A DNA stretch of 63,669 nucleotides, the filler included. It is 6 parts of 6 records of this genome, joined end to end, with 100 filler letters (N's around TTAATTAATTAA, not from the genome) between each part and the next. Parts side by side here need not be neighbours in the genome. Positions count along the whole stretch, not along the records: positions 24,135 to 38,871 come from SRR31156797_5161; 5 more parts are not named here. The stretch is one strand, 5' to 3'. Positions 28,838 through 38,971 of this stretch are shown piece after piece. Each line of letters opens with the position of its first letter. Within the stretch, counting starts at the first letter, position 1. The notes beneath the pieces were generated by a model that worked only from the letters and a program-made list of their open reading frames with translations, was not told the origin of the DNA and made no database searches. Position numbers and translations under genes: made by a program.

Positions 28838-29764
28838 TTACTTTATCAATTTCCCCTTAATAAAATCAACTATTTCTTTCCATCCTTTTTTTGCTTCTGG
28901 AAACGCTGGAGAAAAAAGTGAAAAGCAATGCACCATGTTCTTATGAACACTAAGTGTTATATCTATTCCTTCTTCTCTAGATTTTTTTGCAAATTTTAAA
29001 GAATCATCAAGCATTGTTTCTTTATCACCAATCTGTATAAGGATTGATGGTAACCCTTTTAACTCTCCAAATATTGGAGATATCCAAGGATTCTTAAGAT
29101 CTTTTTCTTCCACTATCCATCGACTCCATACTTCTGCTGAATTTATTAGTGAAATGTCTTTATACCTATTTATTTTATGTGAATTTCCCGACACTGTCAT
29201 ATCAAGCCAAGGAGACAAAGCTACTCCAGCTATTGGTAGTGGTAAACCTTTATCTTTTAGTGCCATTAATGTCGATATTGCTAGACCTCCCCCAGCTGAC
29301 TCACCAGCTATTAATATATTCTCGCTATTATATCCTTGATCTAGAACCCACATATATACTTCTATTGAGTCATTAATATTTTTTGGAAATTTATTTTCCG
29401 GAGCTAAGCCATATTCAAAATGTATCGCATTAATTCCAGTATCCTTAACAAATTTAGCAACAATTGATCTATGATCATTTAATGAACCCGAAACATACCC
29501 CCCACCATGTGTAAAAAATATTAGCTTATTTTTAGGAGCATTCTCTAGCACCACAAACTCTGCTGGAATATTTTTTACATTAACTTTCCTTATCTTTATA
29601 CTTTCTGGCAGTTTTTCTCTTTTAGATGCTCCACGCTCAATACGGTCTCTAAATTCTTTTATATCAAAATCCTCTGTCACAACTTCTTTTTTTAGTTTTC
29701 CTTTAAAAATCTGTCTATTTTTTATAAGCCAAATTATCATTTTACTTCTAATACTCTGCACCAT
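28838..29764 (-). CDS. HSL-family alpha/beta hydrolase (esterase)
   Basis: HGGGY, GESAGG, SPWLD, MVHCF. Confidence 0.92.
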   Translation of the reverse strand: MVQSIRSKMIIWLIKNRQIFKGKLKKEVVTEDFDIKEFRDRIERGASKREKLPESIKIRKVNVKNIPAEFVVLENAPKNKLIFFTHGGGYVSGSLNDHRSIVAKFVKDTGINAIHFEYGLAPENKFPKNINDSIEVYMWVLDQGYNSENILIAGESAGGGLAISTLMALKDKGLPLPIAGVALSPWLDMTVSGNSHKINRYKDISLINSAEVWSRWIVEEKDLKNPWISPIFGELKGLPSILIQIGDKETMLDDSLKFAKKSREEGIDITLSVHKNMVHCFSLFSPAFPEAKKGWKEIVDFIKGKLIK

Positions 29765-29866
29765 TTTCTCCTCTTATTTTATTCACAAATAATTCTACAC
29801 ACTGCTCTACTCTCTTATTTTTATCAAACTTTTCTTTCTCAATATAGTACATTTTTACCAACTCAA

Positions 29867-29900
29867 TCAAATACCCCGCAGCAAGTTTAGGGGTATTTGA
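29867..29900. repeat. REP-like palindrome
   Basis: TCAAATACCCC-gcagcaagttta-GGGGTATTTGA; related copy at 38749-38775. Confidence 0.65.
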
Positions 29901-29944
29901 CCAAAAAAAATCGCGAATAAAGAAAACTCATTCAACTAATGAGA

Positions 29945-30385
29945 CTATAATCTTTTGACAAAATTTATCATATTTTCTCTCTCATCAAAACCATTTTTTC
30001 TATAGAACTCTTTTTTGTAGGATTCTGCATCCTTGCTATTATTTAATAACATTCTCACACAATTTTGCTCTTTTGCAGTTTTCTCAATTTCTAGTAATAA
30101 TTTAGAACCAATCCCTTGACCTCTTTCCTTTTGTTTTATAAACAATTCTGTAATATATAGCTCATTTCCTTTGACTAAAGGAAATGGATTCACATGTCCA
30201 TTTATATATCCTAAGACTTCACCATTATCCTCAAACACAAATCCAAAAGTATACTCATATTTTTCTATCAATGATATAGTATTTTCTATTTTATTGATAT
30301 CATCTTCTGTAAAATCACGTTCAAAATATTCTCTATAAATTGATACTAGATCCTTCAAATCACTTTTTCTAATATTTCTTATCAT
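29945..30385 (-). CDS. GNAT N-acetyltransferase
   Basis: ELFIKQKERGQGIGSKLL; FYRKNGF. Confidence 0.92.
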   Translation of the reverse strand: MIRNIRKSDLKDLVSIYREYFERDFTEDDINKIENTISLIEKYEYTFGFVFEDNGEVLGYINGHVNPFPLVKGNELYITELFIKQKERGQGIGSKLLLEIEKTAKEQNCVRMLLNNSKDAESYKKEFYRKNGFDERENMINFVKRL

Positions 30386-30556
30386 TTCATCACCTATTTT
30401 TAACTATTGTCGTACATTTATATACTAATTCTTCAAATCTTTGGAACTTCACTCTTCACTAACACCTACTTTTATTGAAAAAACAGGAAACCGTTTCGAG
30501 AAAATCTCTGAAAAAAGAAAATCAAGGGCTATTTGCAGCAAAATCATTAGATCATC

Positions 30557-31399
30557 TTAATACATTTTATAGTCATCGTATACTACATCTTCTATGACTA
30601 ATCTAATGTATTCATATTCCCCTTCTTTCAAATCATAAATAGCTTCTCCTTCTGTAGGAACCATAAACCCATCAAATTCTTTATACTTTCTCATTCTCAC
30701 TATCCATGGTGCTAAAACTATTCCCTCTGGTGTACTGGCATATCTCTCATTTGAAATAAACTCTATACATTCACCTTTTTCGTTGAACTTCAATATAGCT
30801 TTTGTTGAAAGACCATGTGTAGAAAATACAGCTTCTACAGTTAAATCATCTATACTTTTCCATTTTATCTTATCAGTAATCATTGAAGTTGGAAACCAAA
30901 TCATTTCATTAAAGTATCTTATATAAGAAGAAATATCAGTAATCTCGTCTTTAGCATCTGCTATTTTGATTAGAGAGCCAATTTTTATTAACATATTACC
31001 TTTCCCGTTTTCATACTTATCCCTAGCACTGACTTCAAATAAAGGAGCTATTTTGAAAGCACCACGCCAATAAAACTTTGGATCTGAAACTAAATAGTAT
31101 TGCTCTGCTGTCATCTTTTTCCAATTAGATTTTGGAGATGTTTTCATTTCTCCTGTTTGTTTGAGTTTTACAAACTCTACTTTTTCTCTCCCAATTACGC
31201 CAACATACCTAAAATATCTCTGAACTATCTCAGGCATACCAACAAGATCTTTTTCCGTTATTACCTCAACTTTACTCTGTTGTTTCTTAGTTTGCTCTAT
31301 TAGTCCCTTTACTTCTTTTTTAAATATCGTTTTTGTTGACGAACATCCTACTAGTATAGACAATATCACTCCTAATAATACAAGTTTTTTTGTTTTCAT
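30557..31399 (-). CDS. DUF6544-like lipoprotein
   Basis: LVGC lipobox; MPEIVQRYFRYVGV, RYFNEMIWFPT; GGAGG RBS supports start 31399. Confidence 0.75.
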   Translation of the reverse strand: MKTKKLVLLGVILSILVGCSSTKTIFKKEVKGLIEQTKKQQSKVEVITEKDLVGMPEIVQRYFRYVGVIGREKVEFVKLKQTGEMKTSPKSNWKKMTAEQYYLVSDPKFYWRGAFKIAPLFEVSARDKYENGKGNMLIKIGSLIKIADAKDEITDISSYIRYFNEMIWFPTSMITDKIKWKSIDDLTVEAVFSTHGLSTKAILKFNEKGECIEFISNERYASTPEGIVLAPWIVRMRKYKEFDGFMVPTEGEAIYDLKEGEYEYIRLVIEDVVYDDYKMY

Positions 31400-31419
31400 T
31401 TTTCCCTCCATACACTCTA

Positions 31420-31449
31420 AGAGCTCTCTCACAAAGTCATGAGAGCTCT
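31420..31449 (-). terminator. Hairpin / terminator
   Basis: AGAGCTCTC-tcacaaagtcat-GAGAGCTCT. Confidence 0.5.
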
Positions 31450-31641
31450 GTTTTATTTACTTCTAAATAATCTTCTTTATTAATCCCCTCCAGTTTTTTG
31501 TTTCAAATTTTCTCGCTCTTATAAAGCATTTTTTCAACTCATGTACCATTATTTGTAAGAAAAAAAGCTTGACAACATTCCAAAATTTGAAATGCTCTTT
31601 AAAAATAGGTTTTTAAAATCTTAATAAAAGGAGTGATTCAC

Positions 31642-31860
31642 ATGTTAAAAAACTGGACTTCTCACATTCATTATCAAGAAAATCTTATCTCTAATCTTTC
31701 GAAATTGTTCTTGACACATAGGTTTGAAATTACTTCTATCATTTCTCAGATTACAAAGCTTTACGTTTTTAATCTTGATGAGCTTGAAGAAATTATTTCT
31801 CAGCTATTAGACTCCCTATCCATATTTTCTCCCAAGTCGAAAATACACCTTTTTCTTTAA
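31642..31860 (+). mobile_element. Truncated transposase N-terminus (family uncertain)
   Basis: MLKNWTSHIHYQENLISNL...KLYVFNLD resembles Bacillota transposase N-termini; opposite strand to the cargo genes. Confidence 0.45.
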
Positions 31861-32453
31861 CCTTCATTCCCTAAGGTCGACATTTTATCAAATAAAAACA
31901 TTGTTGTATCAAGAATGTTTTTTTTATAATCTTCTTCAGCAGTCGGTATATTTCTACCAGTAATATATATTAAAACTTTCCCATGAAAATAAGAATGAAT
32001 GATACTCAAAATTCTTTCAATTAGTTTCTCATCTTTCAATTCTGAGTGCATCAAGGAAAAATGTTTACGAAAATAAAATTCAGGTCTACCTTTATCTCCT
32101 ATCGCCTCCTTTAGCTGCTTTGTATTATAATTATCTATCCACAAAAATTTATACAATCCTTTATTATCAAAAGCAAAATCAAGAATATGTCTTAGAAAAT
32201 TCTCAATAATTGACCTAGGATCAGAATCTGCTGAAATTTGCAAAATCTCTTCGATTCTAACAAGACTAAATAATTCTTTAAGTGTTTCAATTTGAAGATC
32301 TTCTTTACTTTTAAAATAATTGTAAATATTTGTGTGATTACAGCCAAGTTCCCTTGCAATTCTACATATACTAACATTTTGACTTGAACCAATTTTATTT
32401 ATCAGTTCAAGGTTTTTTTTTATAATTATATCTCTTGTAATATTTTTTTTCAT
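31857..32453 (-). CDS. TetR/AcrR-family regulator
   Basis: SICRIARELGCNHTNIYNYFKSKEDL HTH. Confidence 0.9.
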   Translation of the reverse strand: MKKNITRDIIIKKNLELINKIGSSQNVSICRIARELGCNHTNIYNYFKSKEDLQIETLKELFSLVRIEEILQISADSDPRSIIENFLRHILDFAFDNKGLYKFLWIDNYNTKQLKEAIGDKGRPEFYFRKHFSLMHSELKDEKLIERILSIIHSYFHGKVLIYITGRNIPTAEEDYKKNILDTTMFLFDKMSTLGNEG

Positions 32454-32738
32454 TTTACTAATAAAAGAAAACTCTTTTATTTACTCCTTTCATAATTTAA
32501 ATGCATTATAGCACTACTTTTTTCAGCAAAATTCAAATCTAATTTCATTTAATTATATTCAAATCTAACCTCTTAAGCAACTCTTATATATCAGTTTTAC
32601 TAATTCACAATATAATACCGGCTTTTATTATAAAATTAATGAGAAAAGACTGATATTTTCCATTAAAATTCTACCTCTTAATGTACTTTTGTCTATATTT
32701 AGTAAGTAAATTAAAAATACATCAAAATTTGTTTCCAT

Positions 32739-32801
32739 TACTTCATTTTCATCTATATAAGATTTTTCTAAAACTATATCATCAAGGATTAGCACACCAT
32801 T
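32739..32801 (-). mobile_element. IS701-like transposase fragment
   Basis: NGVLILDDIVLEKSYIDENEV, resembling the IS701 first-Asp region. Confidence 0.5.
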
Positions 32802-32902
32802 AGTTTTTTTTATCTAATGGTAGTTATTAATTCTCATCATAGCACTTATCACAATCTTGAGTTCTTACTTTTCCTTAGAACTCGCTGTAAACAGTCTCTA
32901 TA

Positions 32903-33748
32903 TTATTGATTTGCATCAGAAGGTAAAAGAAGAATCTTTGATTTCTTGCTGTTAAGGACTAATTTACAAAGGTTCCACTCTATGAGAAAATCATAATAAA
33001 CCTCCTTTACTTGATCACCAATTCTTAATGCCTTTTCCTTACAATTATAGACACATTTCATACACAATATACATCTGTTTAAATCAACTTCACCAGTTGC
33101 AGAATCAAATGCATTGTTAGCACAACTTACTTCGCAAATACCACATTGACTACATGCTTTTTCTTTATATGGATGGAAATCATGTCTTTTAGTAATCAAT
33201 TTTGGTGCATTTAATTGCTTAACAAGAAAATCATATCCATATGGCTTTTGAAGTTCAAAATGTTCAGTTTTTTTCCCTTCCAGTAGTTCTATTGAAACAT
33301 CAGCGAATTTTTTAACAGTTTCGTAATCTTCTGCATTTGGTCTATTCATCATCATTTTCCAACCACCAACATTGAATGAGTGCCTGCCTAGAAACTCAGC
33401 TGAACAAAGCACTTGAAAACCATTTCCTTCCAATTGAACCTTTGCATAGTAATGTGAAACTCCAGTGGTTCTTCCACCATAAGTAAAAAAAGTTACACAT
33501 TGAGTTCCTTTACCTTTCTGTAATAGAAGCCATTCATTAACAACTTCAGGTGGAAAATCAGCATAAACTGGAAATCCAAAAATAACAAGATTAAATTTTG
33601 CATAATCAATTATTTTTTCTCTAGATTTATAAGGTGTTATATCCATTAGCTCTACTTCATTGCCGCTTTGGTGCAAATATGTTTCTAAAAGCTTTGCATA
33701 CTCTTTAGTTACATTTGTTCCTGAAAAGTAGATTATTGCTATTCTCAT
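32903..33748 (-). CDS. EFR1-type flavodoxin-ferredoxin fusion
   Basis: YFSGTNVT, GFPVYA; CSQCGICEVSC and CILCMKCVYNC. Confidence 0.88.
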   Translation of the reverse strand: MRIAIIYFSGTNVTKEYAKLLETYLHQSGNEVELMDITPYKSREKIIDYAKFNLVIFGFPVYADFPPEVVNEWLLLQKGKGTQCVTFFTYGGRTTGVSHYYAKVQLEGNGFQVLCSAEFLGRHSFNVGGWKMMMNRPNAEDYETVKKFADVSIELLEGKKTEHFELQKPYGYDFLVKQLNAPKLITKRHDFHPYKEKACSQCGICEVSCANNAFDSATGEVDLNRCILCMKCVYNCKEKALRIGDQVKEVYYDFLIEWNLCKLVLNSKKSKILLLPSDANQ

Positions 33749-33951
33749 TTACTCCTCCTTAATTTGATTCTGACTTTTTAAAATACTTATAGATGAAACA
33801 AAACATTTAGCTCACTTATTTTCAATTCGTAATCTCATCAAAGACAATTTTTGTAAATTATTTTTTATAATTTTTTTCTCTCTAAGGATAACGTCCACAC
33901 TTACTTAGTAAACTATGTGTATATTCTATTCCATTCCATTTTTTTGAAAAC

Positions 33952-35298
33952 CTAAGTGACATCATTTATCCATTTATTACTTTTTAGACGTACAACTCCT
34001 CCATAAAGTTTTATAATCTCCTCCAGCATTATAAAAACTAAAATATACTGAAGTTCCAGTTTAAATAAAAAACTACACAATAATGCAATAGGTATACCAA
34101 TCCCCCACATAGTGAATATGCTCAGTACAAGCGAATATTTTGTATCTCCCCCTCCTGTCAGCCCGCCTCTTATAATTACCATGTTGGAAGTTTTTATCCA
34201 TAATACGCATGCTAAAATATTAATAATAGTCCTTGCATATTCCAAAGACGTAAAGTCAACTTTATAAAATTTCAAGACTAATTCTTTTGAATGAAACATT
34301 ATAATTCCAATTAAAATTGCCAAAAGTAGGTTTAATTTCAGAAACTCAGTAATATATTCCTTTGCAGTTTCTTGTTCATTTGCTCCAATTTTCATTCCAA
34401 TCATAGTATTACACGCTGCAGATAGCCCTATAAAAACAACAAAAGCAATTTGCTCAAAAACTAAAGCCAAATTATATGCTGCGATTGCTTCTGTACTAAT
34501 TCTTGCGAAAACAACATTGTAAATTGTAATTCCTATTGCCCACTGTAAACTATTAAAAATTACTGGACCTGATGTCTTAAAATACTTTTTCAATACTTCT
34601 TTTCCTGAGTAGAAATGCTTAACTATATTTAGTGAAAATGGTACTTTCAAAACGTACATGAGGTATATTAAAGATATACATTCTATAACTCTAGCAATCA
34701 TTGTAGCTATTGCAAGTCCTTCTACTCCCAGTACTGGAAAACCAAATTTACCATAAATCAAAAAGAAATTAAGTGTTGTATTTATACCTAATGCAACTAA
34801 ACTAACAAAAAGTGGAATTTTTACCTTTTCAATACTTCTCAAAATACTCGAAAAAGATATACTTATACAAGTAAACAGGTAACTAATTCCAACTATTTTT
34901 AAATACTTTACTCCAATCGACTTAACAACTTCATCTGTAGTATAAAAACCAAGAAATTGTCTTGGAAATATTACCGCAATCATAGTGAAAACCAATGAAA
35001 GTACTACTGATAATTTTATCGTAATTGATGTAAAGTCTTGAATGCCTTTTAAATCCTTTTTTCCCCAAAATTGTGCTATAAATATTGAACCGCCAGTACT
35101 TACTGAAAGAATAAGAATAGAGAAAAGAAAGAACAATTGATTTGACAAACCTATTGCTGCTATACTCTCTGTTCCAAGACTTCCTACCATTGCCATATCA
35201 ACCATGTTAAGCGAAGATAGAATTAGATGTTGCAGCATTACAGGAAAAGAAAGTGAAAACATCTTTGAATAAAATCCTTTTTTCAAGCTTGATTTCAT
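33952..35298 (-). CDS. MATE-family efflux transporter
   Basis: LNMVDMAMVGSLG, IAQFWG, GLAIATMIAR, GGDTKY. Confidence 0.93.
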   Translation of the reverse strand: MKSSLKKGFYSKMFSLSFPVMLQHLILSSLNMVDMAMVGSLGTESIAAIGLSNQLFFLFSILILSVSTGGSIFIAQFWGKKDLKGIQDFTSITIKLSVVLSLVFTMIAVIFPRQFLGFYTTDEVVKSIGVKYLKIVGISYLFTCISISFSSILRSIEKVKIPLFVSLVALGINTTLNFFLIYGKFGFPVLGVEGLAIATMIARVIECISLIYLMYVLKVPFSLNIVKHFYSGKEVLKKYFKTSGPVIFNSLQWAIGITIYNVVFARISTEAIAAYNLALVFEQIAFVVFIGLSAACNTMIGMKIGANEQETAKEYITEFLKLNLLLAILIGIIMFHSKELVLKFYKVDFTSLEYARTIINILACVLWIKTSNMVIIRGGLTGGGDTKYSLVLSIFTMWGIGIPIALLCSFLFKLELQYILVFIMLEEIIKLYGGVVRLKSNKWINDVT

Positions 35299-35399
35299 AA
35301 AACCTCCTAAAATTGTACCCTCAGTTTATATAACTAAAAACACTAGCAAATATCTAAAACAGTCTGCAAAAAATGACTAAAAACTTCCGAAAAATCTAT

Positions 35400-36203
35400 A
35401 TTCCAAATAAGTTAAACATTTTCCTTGGATAATTATTCATCCAGTTTTCTATTATCTTTACATCTAAACTTTTTAAATTCTTAAAACTCATTCCCTTTGG
35501 CAAGAATCTTCTTATTAACTTGTTTTGATTTTCATTACCCCACCTCTTGAACCTTCTACCAAATCCATTTCCCAGTGTCCTACATCTTCTCTTGTTTCTA
35601 TTTCTTTTGGGCGATCACTTATCATTCGACCTAACTTTAACTTTCTTCTTGATACACTATCTTCTTTTCTGGATCGTTTACTTCTTCTATAATTTCCATA
35701 GGTTAAATCCTTTCGTTCTAAAAGCAAAACTCCTTGATCTATATAATTATATATTGTTCTCCAATGTAACTTTATAGTAAAATCCTCTCTTTTGCTTATC
35801 TCAGATGATATTGCTTCGGGAGAATGCTTTTCTATAATTCTATTCTCTATAAACTCTAATAATTTATGATCTTTTTCTTTTGACCTATTACTGCGCTATA
35901 TTCTACCCTTACGCTTAAATCGCTATTTTGAAGGGATACTAAACCTCTTTTTCTTTCTCTATAAATACTACTTCTATCTTTCCCTAATTCTTCTCCTATT
36001 TCTCAACAATTCTTACTTTGTTTATTATATAAATGTTCTATTAACAATCTTTCTACATAAGTTAGTTGCTTAAATTTCTTTGTTTTTATGTTATTATTAC
36101 TTTGGTTCATTAGAATATCCTTTCTGCTGCATGTTTTTTGTGGTAATTAACATTTTAGCATAGGATTTCTGGTGAACCTACTTTTGTTGCAATTAATTAT
36201 ACA
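35400..36203 (-). mobile_element. IS30-family element remnant (frameshifts, internal deletion)
   Basis: End TGTATAATTAATTGCAAC; MNQSNNNIKTKKFKQLTYVER; ISDRPKEIETREDVGHWEMDLV; RRFLPKG...WMNNYPRK. Confidence 0.85.
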
Positions 36204-36212
36204 ATTTTCCAC

Positions 36213-36917
36213 TCACATCTTAATGTATTTACCAAGCTGAGGAATAACAATCTCAACTTTTGGATTTATATCTCTACATAATTCAATAAATTTATCCAAA
36301 GTCTGTTTTGGTTTTGGATTCCATTCAAAATGAATTGGCATAACTTTTTTGGGTTTGACAAGTCTAATGCATTCAATAGCTTGCCTTGCATCCATTGTGC
36401 CAATATCACCAATTGGAACAAAAAGTATATCTATACTGTACATTCTGCCATATATTTCCATTTCACCTGTCAAACAAGTATCTCCTGTATGATAAATTAT
36501 AATATCATTTTCAATCTCAACTATCGTCCCCATTGCACACGACGTATCAGAAGTATGATGTGCTGGAACTGCAGTTACTCTTACCCACTCTAGATCAACA
36601 CCACCGCCTGGCAAATAACCTGTTCCATTATTAACGACTTGATTCCTTAAGAGGCCTTCTTCATTTACTAACCTATCCATAGTTTCAACACCACCAGCTA
36701 TCAATGCGCCAGTAGCTTTACATATATTTGCTGCCGATCCAATATGATCTTTATGATCATGACTTACAAGAATCAAATCTGTTTGTTTTATTTCTTTCGT
36801 TTCAATAGGACAATGTGGATTTCCTTCTGATTTTGTCCATGGATCAAAAATTATTCTTCTCCCACCACTAGTTACTATTTCAACAAATCCAAGACTAAGA
36901 TATCTTATATTAAACAT
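36213..36917 (-). CDS. MBL-fold metal-dependent hydrolase (UPF0173-like)
   Basis: SHDHKDH, PAHH, YHTGDT, MPIHF. Confidence 0.9.
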   Translation of the reverse strand: MFNIRYLSLGFVEIVTSGGRRIIFDPWTKSEGNPHCPIETKEIKQTDLILVSHDHKDHIGSAANICKATGALIAGGVETMDRLVNEEGLLRNQVVNNGTGYLPGGGVDLEWVRVTAVPAHHTSDTSCAMGTIVEIENDIIIYHTGDTCLTGEMEIYGRMYSIDILFVPIGDIGTMDARQAIECIRLVKPKKVMPIHFEWNPKPKQTLDKFIELCRDINPKVEIVIPQLGKYIKM

Positions 36918-36965
36918 TTATTTTTCTCCTCTATCATTTATTTAAATAATCATCTATTTTTCTAA

Positions 36966-38367
36966 CTAAATGTTAAAAAAATCAGTTTGCTTTTTTAATT
37001 CAAATGCCATATTAGATAATTCATTAATTCTCTTAGCATTCTGAGTAAGGATTTCTGATACTTGTTCTGAAATCTCGAAATTAAGAATTGCTCTTTCTTC
37101 TATCACTGCCGAACTTTCTGAAATTTTACTCACTGCCAATGTTATTTCATTAGTAATAATCGCCTGCTCATTTACGAATGTAACTACTTTTGATATCTCA
37201 TTATCACTTATTTTAGTCCGTTCTATAATCTGCATTATCATTTTTCTTACAGAATTATTTATGTGTATCCCTTCTTCAACACTTTCTTTTACAGCATTAT
37301 TTGCCTTATCAACTGAAATAACTTCTTTTTGAATATTTTCAACAATCTCTGCAATTTTCCCAGTTTCATCATTTGTTTTTTCTGCCAACTTTTTAATTTC
37401 ATCTGCAACCACAGAAAATCCTTTCCCTGCTTCTCCTGCCCTTGCAGCCTCTGTCGCAGCATTCGATGCTAATAGATTTGTTTGTTCTGAAATTGAGCTT
37501 ATCGACAATAATATATTTCCAATATCTTCAGATAAAACCAATAAACTTTTTACCTTTTCATTTGCCTCAATCACACTTAAATCAATAGAGCTCATCTTTT
37601 TGTCCATGTTCATTATATTTTCAACACCGTTTTCTGCATTTTTGAGAGCAAGACTTAACATATTCTTCGCCTCTTCTGTATTCCCTTTGACGACGAGGGA
37701 AGTTGTTGTAATTTCCTCGAGTGCAGATAAACTTTCCTCAGTACTTGCCGTTTGATTCCGAACATTATCCATTGTTTCAGAAATCATATCTTTTAAATAT
37801 AAAATCCCATTATCCATTGGATTTTTCACGAAAATCCAATATTGGTTTTGATATAGAATTCCTAAAACTTTTGCAATTAATGGCCCAAAACTGTAATACT
37901 TTATTGCTGTAAATACCGTTTTGCACCATGCTAATAGTATAATTTTTTTCTTAAAAGTAATTATAAGCAAAATAATTGAAATATTTTCTAGCAGATTAAG
38001 TAGTATTACAAATGCAAGTAAGTTTATTTTGTAGAATCTATCACTATCAGAAAAAAATACTCTTGCCAAAAAGGAAAAAAAGAAACCTAATAAAAAGAAA
38101 TAATTAATTGGTACAGCTAAATCCCATGTTAAATGAAATAAAAGCTGTTGTCTCCTTCCGATCTCCCCCAAAATTATTAACAACCTCAAAGATCTCTTTT
38201 GGTAAATACAATTGTGGAGTATCTAATGATACTAAACTATTTGAAGACATAAAGAGAATCTCAAAAATAGGAAGAGATAAAAAAAGGATTGCCAGCAATA
38301 AAGTCATTATCATCAAAATCCACCAAGTAAAATTTCTATAAAAAAAGTTGGTAATTTTTTCGAACAT
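36966..38367 (-). pseudogene. Chimera: frameshifted membrane protein fused in frame to an MCP signalling domain
   Basis: Frameshift near 38170; MCP core [38 protein letters not shown]; domain switch near 37820-37880. Confidence 0.65.
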
Positions 38368-38737
38368 CTTTACTCTTTTTTTTTATAACCACCTGTTATT
38401 TGATAGTCAAAAAAAAATCTCATTTTATTATATTTACTAGTATCTTCATCATGTGTATTCTTAAGCCAAACTGTACCAATATTTCTAGTAAAAAAGATAT
38501 TATCGCCAAATAAAACATTTTTAGAAGAGTAACTAAAAAACTAAACATAAAAAATAAGTTACTAGTAATTTTGATATAGACCAACCATCTTCTTTTAATA
38601 TTTGAGTACATCATCGTGAGTAATAAATCATTACTTATTTTCTTCAATTTCTCTAGAATATTTATTTAACTCCTTCTTTTTCAATCTCATATACTGAGAA
38701 ATAATTAAACGTACAAATTTTATAAACTTGTTAATAC

Positions 38738-38871
38738 CTTTAATGAAGAACCCACGCTGCAAGCAGACGGGGTATCTCTTTTGTTTTAATCTTAAAGAAA
38801 AATTATTCTTATAAAACATTGTAATTTCTCGTTTCATTTAGAATAATTTTACGCCCCAAGGGGCAGGGAAT
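38738..38871. repeat. REP/MITE-like repeat cut by the contig end
   Basis: AACCCACGCTGCAAGCAGACGGGGTAT and ACGCCCCAAGGGCAGGGAAT. Confidence 0.5.
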
Positions 38872-38971
38872 NNNNNNNNNNNNNNNNNNNNNNNNNNNNN
38901 NNNNNNNNNNNNNNNTTAATTAATTAANNNNNNNNNNNNNNNNNNNNNNNNNNNNNNNNNNNNNNNNNNNN
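38872..38971. other. Artificial contig spacer
   Basis: N44-TTAATTAATTAA-N44. Confidence 0.98.

Noticed and set aside
38420..38837. Two short minus-strand ORFs (75 and 68 aa)
   Set aside because: No recognisable motifs, very AT-rich, and one overlaps a REP-like repeat.
24135..38871. Integron cassette array
   Set aside because: No intI, no recurring RYYYAAC...GTTRRRY sites, and the spacers are IS remnants. Co-orientation can reflect strand bias.
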